A stretch of DNA of 64,000 bases, taken from positions 375,067-439,066 of the forward strand of contig MU004233.1 in NCBI GenBank assembly GCA_010405405.1, read 5' to 3'. Within the stretch, counting starts at the first letter, position 1, and every line of letters starts with the position of its first letter. The position numbers and the translations under genes are program-made. Under the pieces are notes generated by a model. The model ran no database searches. It had not been told where the DNA came from and saw only the letters and a list, made by a program, of their open reading frames with translations. Origin of the DNA: Microthyrium microscopicum. Taxonomy: Eukaryota. Of the stretch, positions 15,101-26,538 are shown piece by piece.

Positions 15101-16381
15101 TTAATCTTAAAGTTTTTAAGTAGACTAGTAACGTAATACTATAGTTTAATTAATTACTAATATAGTATATAGTTATTTAAAGAATTAATCTTCTTCTATA
15201 AACTTAATATATTAGTCTAGATACTTGCTATTAGATATTAATATATAATATTTCTAGAGAGTAGTAAAATTATTAGGATTATCTTAAAGAACTATTAATA
15301 TTTATTTCTCTACCTTTAGTCTAATTTTATATAATGCTTATATAAATAAAAGCTTTATACTAGTAAGTAATATAACTTTACTATTAAGGTCTACTAGTTC
15401 TAGAGGTAAATAAAATAGAAATAATATAAGAACGTTATAAGGTTCTTTTTTACGTACTAGTAATTCTAGCTAATAGTAGATATTAATAGGTAATCTTACT
15501 TCTAATATACTTTTATTTAATAAATTACTAATAATAGTACTAGAGGTTAATACCTCTTTACCTTTTAATCCTAGCTCTTTTATTATACTTACTAGTATAA
15601 TAGGTGCTATAGTTAATAGTCTAATAATAATCTTATAAAGTTATTAAATATTAATACTAACTTAAGTATTTTAATAGAGAAATTCTTTATCTTTATTATC
15701 TAAAGCTACTTTAGGTAATAAAGGTAACTTTTTAATAAATTTAACTACTAAGATGCTTTTTTGCTATAGCGTTAATATAATAGTAGACTATTAATTAGTT
15801 CCTATATCTAGAACGACTAGCTTCTTAGTAAAATAGCTATCTTTACTACAATAGAGTAAAACTAAGTAACTTTAAATACTAATACTGCTATACTTATAAG
15901 TAATATAAAAGTTACTTAAGGATGCTAGTTTAAGACTAGGAATAAGTAATATCTTACTTATAGTAATACGTAGCTAAATAATATAGTATTTCTTAATAAA
16001 TTAAAACTAATTTAATAAATTAATAGATATAGATTTAATAAGGAATAAGGTAAGTATATTTTATAATTAGTAGAGAGGAAGTAGTATAAATGCTTCTATA
16101 GATCTAAGAAGAACACTACGGGATAAAGTTTAGGCCTCTAAGTAGTCTTTATTTTAGTAAATAACGCTAAATTTATATTACTTTAGTTAGTATTTACAAA
16201 TTTGCTAGTACCTTTAGTAATGCTAATCTTAATTAAGAGTAGTATTACTAAATACTAATTAGTTAGATTTATAATATAACTATAATAATTTAATAAAAAT
16301 TATTAAACGCCTCTATACGTTTATTAATAATATATAAAATATACGTAGAGCGTAAAATTTAATATAGAGGTACTTAGATTA

Positions 16382-16604
16382 TATAAGGAGCTAATAGGCA
16401 TAATAAGTAAGTAGAAAGTAGCTAGTATTATAGAATCTAAGTATAGAGAGAAGAGATCTAGAGATATAGCTATAGATGTAAAGAAGTAGGGGCCTAAGAT
16501 ATCCTTAGATATACTAACCCTAAATAGGATAAAGAGATCTTATCTATAGGATTAGATCTTAGCATCTAAATACTATAATACTAAACCTGTAAGGATTCCT
16601 TACA
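16382..16604 (-). repeat. Gypsy 5' LTR (223 bp)
   Basis: Aligns with 8887-9109. Confidence 0.93.
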
Positions 16605-19346
16605 TTTAGATACGTTATAGCTTAAACTTACTTACTTAGCAGTTTATTTGCTTAATAAGATTCTAAAGAAGTAGCTAAACTAGAGAATATTCTTTAAGAT
16701 AGTGTTTAAATGAGTACTAGATCTCTTATTAGTCTAAATTATTAGCTTAAAAGCCTATATTTATGATTCTAATATTCTAAAGCTTAAGAAGCTTTAATCT
16801 TGCTTAATTAAAGGCTAGCTAATAAGTTATACTAGAAGTAATATCTTTAGGGTTTAGATTCCTTTAAATAACTATATTATTAAAGTATAAGATATTATAA
16901 TTAATAAAACTATTAAATTTAATGCTACTATACTTATTATAAGTAATAACTAATTTACTAATATACCTTTAAATATATTGCTCTCTTATCTTAAAATAGA
17001 CGTTAGTAGTAGTATATTTAACCTATAAGAAGCTAAATAATAGCCTAATTAAAATTAGGAAGTATAAAATAATTAATAGTAAGAATAAGATAGCTATTAG
17101 ACTTCTAAAAATAATTCTAATTAACTTATATTTAATAACTAGCTAATAATACCTAATCTTATACTATTACTACTATCTTAGCCTTCTTTATAATATCTAA
17201 TACCTTTTATAAGTTTATTACCTACTTAAGATTATACTAAATTAAGAGAGAATACTTTAGAAGATCTTACTTCTATAATTTTACTAGTACTACTACTAGC
17301 TACCTTAATAGCTTACCTAAAATAGTAGTATATTACTAAATATAAATAAGAGATCTAAGCCTCCTAAAATATTTTTATATACGTTATAAGAAGTAGTTGT
17401 ATTTTATAATCCTTAAAGACTACTAATTTAGTACTTTATAAACCTTACTTCCTCGTCTTATTATATTATATATTCTTTATAGCTTTAGTTTAATACTACT
17501 ATAAAAGAAATATACTAGAATTACTAAAAATATAGTCTAAAATAATAAAACGCCCTAATTAAGACTAGTATCTTTTAGCTACTAGAATTAAAATTAAAAT
17601 ACTTTAGGAATAAGGTATATTTAAAGAGGTCTATACTCCTTAAACTAATAAGCCTATTTTACTTTTAAAGTAGGTATTCTTAGAGAAGTATAATTTAAAT
17701 AGCTTCTTTTTTAAATATAAGGCTAGAATCTATATAAGAAGAGATCTATAGTACTAAAATCTAGAACTAGAGATTTATGCTACTACTAGAGCTTACTATA
17801 TATTATATATAATTTTTATACTAATAGTTATATTTAATCTAGATCTTTACTAATTTAATGCTATAAATACCTTCTTAAATATTATTCTAAATAAAATAGT
17901 TCTAGTTTAATACCTTAAAAGCTTTAATATCTTTAGAAAGGTCTTACTACTTCGCTATGCTTTTTATAGATTATTAAGATCTTTATTATTATAATATTAG
18001 GATATAAGAGTTATTCTTTATATAATAAAGTTTAAGCTTATTTTAGAAGACCTCTACTTCTTTAAATATATTTAATATCCTATTTTTCTTTTTTATTATA
18101 TTAATAACTTTCTTCTTCTCTTACTAAAAGTATATTAAGTAAAAGTAAATAAAATAAAATATAAACTTAGTACGCGCTACGCTATAAGGGATTTAAGTAC
18201 TTTAAAAAGCTTCCTTAATATTTAAATACTTTAAGATTAAGTTAATTAAAAGCTTTAAATCTTATAGGACTAGTATATTAATAAAATTAGTACTAAATTT
18301 TAGCTTAATATTATAAAGAAGACTAAATATGTTATTCCTATTTTAAATCTTATTAAACTTATTCTAAATAAAGAATAAGTATCTAAAGATTAGATCTACG
18401 CCTTCTAAATATATTATAGCTTTATAATCTATCCTATAATAATATATAGGCTAAATATTTATTATATAGCTTCTTATTTAAGCTATTTTAATTAGAATCC
18501 TTCTAAGCTTTACTACTATAAGATTAAGAGAACTATTCTATATCTTTAAGTAATAAAATACCTTATACTTAAGTATTATAGAACTATTAAAGTATTTACT
18601 ACTAGTAAAGAAGTATTTCTTATAGCTTATAATGCTATATTTATAAATAATTAGGAGACTTAAAGATTAACCTAGGGCTTTCTATTTAACTTATTTAGAG
18701 GACCTATTAGCTAGTAATTTTTATGTTAGAAGATAGTCTTAATATCTATAATAGAAATAGAACTTCTATTCCTCTTAAATACTTTAAAAGAGCTAATCTT
18801 AATTTAACGTTTCTTTTTATAGCTTAACTTTAATCCTAATATTAAAATACTAATATTAAATAATAATACTTAAATAGTAGGTATTATAATAAAGTAAGCT
18901 TAGCTTTTATCTTTTAGATTAAAATACGTTAATATATATTAGTTCTAGCTTTATTAAGAAGTTATAAAGAGTTATATCTTTATTAAATAGGTTCTTATAG
19001 GCTAGATACTAGTAAATAGTTTAATAAAAGCTCTCTTTTTATAAGAATATAAGAAGTTTAAGAAGATACTAAATTTAATAAATATAGAGTACTTAGTACT
19101 AGCTTAGAAAGATTCTTTCTAAAATACTATAAATATTCTTACTATTACTATAAATTACTAAATCTTCTATATTTTTATATAAGCTAAATCTCTTATATTA
19201 GGATTACTTAATAGTACTCTTTATTTCTTATTTTAATTAGTTTTAATATTTTAGTAGCTTAGTCTTAGAAAACCTAAAAATTAATATTCCTTTATACTTA
19301 ATACTAAGTATATCTTAAGATTTATAGGTTAGAAACTTAAAGAGTA

Positions 19347-19641
19347 TAATAGAAGATTTATTCTAAACCCTAGATTTGTACTAGTTCTAATTTAGGATTA
19401 GGAAGTAGAAATACTAAAATTTAGCCTTTATTAGCTATTATATCTTTTTATTTTTTCTACTCTTTTCTATATATTACTTTTGCCTTTATTATAACCTAAA
19501 TTCTAGGCTCTAAGAAGATACGTTTTACGTCTTTAATAGGGTATAAATACTATAGTTATTATAGTAGTTAGTTAATTAGATTCTTTAATGTTCCCTTCAC
19601 CGATTCTGCATTCCCTAAGCTGCACGGACCGTATTCCGTCA
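19347..19641 (+). repeat. Copia 3' LTR (295 bp)
   Basis: Aligns with 4768-5062; ends CCGTCA followed by TSD CATTT. Confidence 0.95.
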
Positions 19642-20560
19642 CATTTCTCGCGATAGGGACTGGGGCCCTTGTCGGTGTTCATGAACTGCGTCCAATCATG
19701 CCCTGCCCTGCTGCTTGTCATTGTGAAATTGAACGCGAGTTGCGTTATAGCAAATACTTCCTCCTGTGGACAATCTATTTTGTTCATTCTGCTTATTTAG
19801 GTATTGTTTCGGTCTATAGCAACTCGATCATTCTAGCGTGAGGCATCCTATTACAACTCACACGACCCTGAGCGGTCTCGAATTGACGAACAAGATACAG
19901 TATGTAGCCCGGAAAATTCCTCCCTAGAGATAAATGAAACTTCAAGGAAGTACATTAGGCCACAATAACTACTGGGGGGTTGATTCTCTTGATAAGAAGG
20001 CTCGCATATATCATAGATATAGAAGAGAACTCGAAATCGAACTTGCGAGTCTTTGCGTCTTACAACTAGTAAGATCAGCCAAAAGCCAACATAACACACG
20101 CTAAATTGAGCCATATGTCCAAGGCAATCTATGCTTTGACCAGCAACGAAATTTATCAATCGATGATTCAAGCCATGGATTTCTACTGGTCAGTATCATC
20201 CAACTTGGCCCATACCATTTGTCGATTGAGCTCGTAGGTTTTGGCTCAACATGACAAAGCAGATTCATGAGGCTGAAGGACTGCGACGAAACTCGAACTA
20301 TGCATCTAGTTCAATCACACCAATAGCCAGTCGTATATCCAAAGAGCTTCTTGGCCGGCTTATCTAAATTTCATAACATTTCTGCTATAAAAGCTCAGGT
20401 GTGGATCTCAAAGCTGCTACTTTCAGTCTCTCATTTCTCTCTCTCCAGGTTTGGCACCTCCTATCACTACCAGCACAGATTCTAGACAATGTTAAGCAGC
20501 GACTGTCCAGTATTTGATCCAAAATACCTGAATTCTAAGGACGAATGTGCATCATGTGAC

Positions 20561-21319
20561 CCTTAGCGGCACACCATATGAACGTTAACCGTTGATGGGC
20601 GGTTGAGCCAAAATAAATGGCTGGTAGCCAGTTTATTAGTAAAAGACAGCTAGAATTAGCTAACTATTGTATCTTATGAATCGTTAGATAATGTAAACTG
20701 TTAAACGTGTTTAAACCATTCTAAATAGCTAAAGGTTTATTATATTATAAAGGTTGGTAATGATAAACGGTTTAGTAGTGGTTAAGGAAAGGTTTATTTT
20801 GGTAGGAAGTTTTATTAGTAGAAACTCTTGCTAAGAGCTAAGCACTATATGATCCAATAATGTGCACTTTATTTTTAGTTTCTTAATATATCCTTGTAGA
20901 TTTGCCTAGATTTTATGTACATTAGCGTAATAGTCTAGCTACTTTAAGCCTAGTAACGCCTCTTTGAAATGCCTTTCCGTTTCGTAGCCTGCCACCTGTT
21001 CAATTCCCGTAAGAAGCACAAACCACAATTAGATAAATAAATAGTATTTCATCAAAGCAAGTCCAGGATCAATTGAATCTGGCTTGACTTTTTTTTTGGC
21101 TTAAGGATTTTTGCTAATTAAGCAGGTTGATCAACGGTTTATTTTGGCCAACGGTTTACTCTCACTAACCATTAAACACGTTTTAACTACTTAATAATAT
21201 TAATCGTTGAGCAAAACCAACGGAACAAAAAACGCCTATCCAGCTCAAACGGTTTATTTATGCAAATAGTACATCCACGGTTTATTCACGGTTTATCTGC
21301 CCGGGGTATACCGCTAAGG
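20561..21319. mobile_element. Non-autonomous TIR DNA transposon remnant (~760 bp)
   Basis: TIR CCTTAGCGGCACACC vs CCTTAGCGGTATACC (reverse complement of right end); candidate TSD AC, or GACC if the TIR is one base shorter; repeated subterminal [A/C]ACGGTTT motifs; AT-rich interior with no ORF. Confidence 0.7.
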
Positions 21320-22527
21320 ACCTTTTTTCATGCGAAACATACCTCAGCAAATGTACCATGGATCTAGAGAGCTTTCCCATAGGCTGAGAAGTGCACATGT
21401 TATCATGATTGAAGAAGGCCTGTATACCAATGATTAGCCGCAATGGCCTCGATGTTTCAATGTCAAAAATCTACACGTAGGTGATATCGCTAAGTCCAAG
21501 AAGTCCATGTGCTGAAAGAGGCCCGCTCGATCGACTTGGTCCTAGAATTTGATAAAATTCTGTCTTGGGCATCGGCCTCACCATTTTTCTGACCGGTCTT
21601 TCATGCAGGCGGGTAAACCTATAACAAGGCGAAACCATCAATGATGCGAGGCGCCCAACAAAACCAGCACGATCTCTGAACATCATGGAGCAATTTGCGG
21701 TGGAAAAGGCAATTCTCGACCTGCGGCTTCGGTGAGGACCGTCCACAAGCATTGGCCCAAACACAAAAGTAGGCAAAATCGCAGTTCATGGTATAAGCTA
21801 TCATACTATAAAGTAAGCAGGAAAAGTCCCATTCTCCTCCTGCCTAGCACGTACGACTTTATGCAATCTCACTAGGCCTTTCCCAAGATTGGATTACGGC
21901 CATTTTTTGTTTATCAACCAGCAGCACTATCATCATTCCTTCCATCCTTAGCCTATACAAGACGTCTTGAGTACTCGGATGATTATGGTACGCCATTAAA
22001 TCGTCTTCGCGGATTTGGATATTGACAGAGCACATGTAGCACAACGACCAAAATGTCAACAAGAACACAACCCAACTTGAGCAATGTGAAGCTTGCGGAT
22101 CCTTTTCTCCTTGCACTTGCCTGTTCCACTAAAATAAAGACATTAAGCAGTACAAGCAGGAGTCCTTCAGCCAAACAGTCAGGTATAGGAACAACTACTA
22201 AGATATTGTAAAGAGGGAATGGCAATAAGAATGATCCGGTCTATTCAATTCGCATACATCAGAATTGGATGGTTTGCCAAGCACAAATACCTCTAAATTG
22301 AAGAAATGTTTTGCTTTAAGACAATCCACAAAACTTTCTCACCTATTTATAGACACGAAGGATGTATCAGACCGAAAGTACGAATACACAATGCCATCGA
22401 TCAGTATATATGGATCTATAATTCACGGTTACAAAAATCATACGCACAATCAGAATGTCGAGAAGAATAAAAAATAATATTGCTATTTTATGATGTTTGT
22501 AGTGACAAGAGCTTGAGGAGTATAAGT

Positions 22528-23487
22528 TTACAAGAGATATACAGAAGCTACGGCAATGATCATAGCATAAGCCGCGGCACTGAAGCAGTTCAAGCTATTT
22601 GCCGCACTGGCACCAGCAGTGCTCGATGGGGATGATCCAGAAGCAGAAGTGCTTGTGCTGCTGTTGCTACCATTCGTGCCCATGGCAAAATTGGCACAAG
22701 TCAGACGAGTCGCGTTCTTCGAATGAATGACAATGCTCCTGTTACCGAAGAAGTACGAGCTGTTGGGATTGGTCGAAAGATAGGGGTCAGTGTAAGTAGC
22801 CATGAATGTAGCGGAAGTGATGTTGCCGTGCTTGCCTGCAAGATCACCAGCCTGGCATGAAGCTGGATTGGCAGTGTCGCAAGCATGCAATTCGCCGCGG
22901 TTGGTAGGATCGAGATGGCCTAATGATGTGGTACAGTTGCCGCCTGACACTGGCATTTCGTGGATGTGGTAGACTGGGTTTTAAGTTAGAATACGATAAC
23001 ACATGAAGTGGTGGATAGAGTGATGGGACTTACCAAGTGGACCATACATAGCTGCGTCGGGCAGACCGCTGAAGCTGATGTTGAACATAACTCCTTGACC
23101 GCCTTGCATTGCCATTCCGACGATGGTACCGGTGATGGTGGAGCCAGTCAGGTTGTCAAAATTTGTGCTTGGAAGAACAGCCGAATAAGTCGCAGCTGGA
23201 AGATTGCTTTGGACTGTCGCATTGCCACCGGGCCCTGCCAACAATATTATATTAGTGATTTACGTCTAATTGCACAATAACTGCTGAATATACGAACCAA
23301 CAAAACCTGGTAGAGCTGGGCCATCATCTATGAGTGCGCCTTCGATTGTCTCGACACCAGGGAATGGGGTTGGAGCGACTGGGACAACACCTGCCTTGGT
23401 TGTCGTGAGAAGAACTGGTGATGGTGGTACTTGGGGCTTTGCTGAGGCCAAGCCGACAAGGCCTGCTAAAAGAAGGGTCTTATACAT
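22528..23487 (-). CDS. Secreted, GPI-anchored Cu-only superoxide dismutase (SOD5-like), 3 exons
   Basis: Signal peptide MYKTLLLAGLVGLASA; introns 23297-23235 and 23033-22974; motifs YHIHE, GHLDP, CQAGDLAGKHG, RSIVIH...RLTCANF; Ser/Thr-rich tail and hydrophobic C-terminus. Confidence 0.88.
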
Positions 23488-24467
23488 ATTGAGGATGCAA
23501 AAAGGATATTAACTTTTGAGATGGTACTATTAGTACGCGAGGTATTTACTTAGTTCAATGAAAGCTTGGAACCGTAGAGTGTAAATATATAGGCTCGGGA
23601 ATACTGAATTAACTGAGTCTTAGACTGCATGTAACAAGTTTGAAGCGTCGTCCGCCATCGTCATACAAATGCGTTAGTGTCATCATGACTTATTACTACA
23701 AGAAGCTCGAAGCCTGTTATGAGGAAAGGAAGCACCATGGGTAATGTTGTGATGATACAATGACTCTGCGGATCTCCTGCGCCTTTCGTGTTAAAAGGGA
23801 CATATACTCAGCCAATGAGAGTAAGAAGTCGCCATTGTACTCCATTTAGTTATATTTAGACATGGCATTCATAGATTTGCGATATTCCGACGGAATTCAC
23901 GAGTTTGCGTGTTCACATAATGAACAAATTAGTAGATCTTGAGATCTTGATGCTGCACTCTAGGAAGCTGACAGGAGTAGTAGAGTATGTCTTCATGCAC
24001 CTGTCGTTCTCTACAACTACATAACCATATGTGCCATACTAACATATAGATTGATTTAGCTTCAGTAATATCCATTGGGACAATTGGTTAGATCGTATAA
24101 GACACATTCGATTACCGTATCCCTGCGAAGATTGAAACTGGCTGAACTGAGGCCTAGTAGTGAGGCTTAATGTGGGTCTGGGTAGTGGCAAAAATGGGTA
24201 AAGTTTGGCGGTAGTTTCAATGAGGCTCAACCTCAGCAGTAACTGGATGCTTAAACTGGACTCAAGTACAAAATGCAGCTGTCTACATCATTGGAGAACC
24301 AAATTGCTGAAGCTGTTGCTGCAGCTTCCCGAGCGTGCGTTTTCGCCGGCCTCTACGCACAAACTTAATCCCACATCAACCACCCAACTACATAATCACC
24401 TTTGCTACAGCAGCCACAAGGAGGTCGACTATCATGGGCAGTGCTGACTGATTGTGTGAAAAGTATC

Positions 24468-26538
24468 ATGTTGAAGCTATTGCGCAGAACCAAAAAGCCA
24501 TCACCTCTTCAATTATCCATCCCTGAACCACAATGTTCGTTATGCGGGGACCTTTTGAGATTCGACGAGCGTACTGGCCCCATCGTATCATCGATCTTCG
24601 GCTGGGATACGGATGCAGTAGAAGCCGCAAGGATGAGCAAATGTGAGATTTGTAAATTCTGTTGCGCAGCATTGGATAGCATAGTCAGCGCTGAAGATAT
24701 AACGGAGCTCCAGGACATGGTTGTTCGTGCTACCGTGAATACATCTAAAAGCAGAGTAGCCGACACAAAGGTATTCCGAAAGCACGAAACCAAACTGCGT
24801 ATACAAATAGAATCTGGGAGATTGACGAGGAGGCGAACGGAATGGACGATATATTTACAAAAACGCAGTCTGGCACTGCCGTTCGTACGCTTACCTGATA
24901 AGCTTACGAGCAGGTGTTTTGGTAACACAGGCTCGCCGGCTGCGGCATCTTGGGCAAAAATGGAAATTGACAAGTGCTATGCAAAGCATTCCATCTGTGC
25001 AGGCCGAAAAGGAAATCAACCATCGAAGCCGAAACAAAAGCGTCTGCTTCCGAAGCGTGTTATCCAGCTTCTCGAAAACGGTAAACTTCGCCTCAACGAG
25101 ACCGCTCCGAACGAGCGAGATGTCTACGCCTGTCTGAGTCATTGCTGGGGTGGTAAGCAGGCTCTGACCACAACACTTGCTACGCTTCCTGAGCATTTGA
25201 AGAACGTGGATGTTGATAGCCTACCGCGCACGTTCAAAGACGCGATTACCTTCTTGCGATACCTTAACATCAAGTACATATGGATCGACTCGCTATGCAT
25301 AGTTCAGGACTCGAGGGAAGACTGGTTCCAGGAAAGTGGTAATATGGCCGGAATATATGCCAATAGCTTTCTCACACTGGCTGCAACAAGAGCTTCCAAC
25401 GGAGAGGTGGGACTCTTCTCCGATACGGTTTCTGTCGAGTTGAACTGTGGCAAATCCGAGTTGCTGCTATGTCGACTTCCAAATCATCCAATACCAGGGA
25501 GTGTTACCAATGAAGACTTCCCGTTGCTAAGTAGAGGCTGGGTAGCACAAGAGATACTTCTGTCGCCACGAATACTTCACTTTTGCAACGGGGACCTGAT
25601 TCTCGAATGTGTGGAAGATATCGTCTGCTCATGTGGAGAGTCGATCAAGAATCTTAATGGCATGAAGGATAAAATGTGGGCCACAAGCGAGGAGATTCCA
25701 GCTCACAGTACTCGCACCATCCGAGCACTACTGTATCAGTCCAGTAAGCATGCAGCAATAAAGTCAAAGGCTTCTGTAATTACGACAGCAGAGCCCAGTT
25801 ATTTCAGAGCATGGCGCGAATTTGCATCGCGCTACTCCAAGCTCAGTCTAACGTTCCAGTCTGACCGCTTGCCTGCCATGGCCGGCTTAGTGCACCGGTT
25901 CGCTGCAGGGTATGGCAAGACGGACGCCAAAGCACTGGGAACGACATATGCCGCGGGAGTCTGGGAAGAGAACTTGCACAATGATCTGCTGTGGTTCATG
26001 CCAAATATAGTGAAGCCGCAGGCAAGGGCAGAGGGGACGACCGCACCAAGCTGGAGTTGGGTATCTTGTGGAAGCGTTGTCGCCTGGCTTACTCCCACTG
26101 CTGGAGCGGAGCTTTGGTTTCAAGTCGTAGATGTAAGTAAAGTGCGAAGCTGTCAGCGAACATGATCCTTTTGGGATGGTAGAAGAGGCGATGCTGAAAT
26201 TGCGGGCACCATTGTTGAAGATGACGTTACGGAAGAACAATCATCTCCATCACATCTATGATGTGCAAGTCAATGGAGAGTGGGGCCTATGTTGTTACCC
26301 AGACTTTGACTTGGATGAACTGATTGCTGAGGATGGATCAAAATTTGTAGGTTTGCCGATTGTGCACAGATCAGGAGTATTATCAGGCTTGCTTCTGTGG
26401 ACGAGAGATGATGGAATATTCGAGCGCGTCGGATTGTGGTCCTGTGATAAGCAGAGATACATAGGGACAGGTTGGAGAGTAGAGCGGCTCAGTGAGTGCG
26501 TGGAAAGGTTAAAGCATGAAGAGATCGTGATAGCGTAA
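24468..26538 (+). pseudogene. HET-domain (heterokaryon incompatibility) protein, frameshifted at ~26133-26140
   Basis: HET motifs YACLSHCWGG, YIWIDSLCIVQD, MAGIYANS, LLSRGWVAQE, DRLPAMAG, APSWSW; the C-terminal part (DPFG...FERVG) continues in another frame after a GTAA duplication. Confidence 0.85.

Larger units (their letters stand above)
8887..16604 (-). mobile_element. Full-length Ty3/Gypsy LTR retrotransposon nested in the Copia integrase region, RIP-inactivated
   Basis: 223-bp LTRs; TSD TTTAG (8882-8886, 16605-16609); polypurine tract on the minus strand next to 9109. Minus-strand motifs: RT IYLDNILVFS (from YLDDILVFS, ~12120-12150), RNase H IEINVLD*A (from VETDASDWA, ~11680) and YNKKLLTI (from YDKELLAI), then integrase, i.e. 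Gypsy RT-RH-INT order. Confidence 0.92.
4768..19641 (+). mobile_element. Full-length Ty1/Copia LTR retrotransposon, RIP-inactivated
   Basis: 295-bp LTRs (TGAC...GTCA); 5-bp TSD CATTT (4763-4767, 19642-19646); PBS-like GTTATAAGC after the 5' LTR. RIP-degraded motifs in Copia order: protease ILNFRVN (from ILDSGAN, ~7893), integrase (~8500-8850), RT KYKARICIRRDL (~17713) and FNAINTFLN (from FDAVNAFLN, ~17854). Confidence 0.93.
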
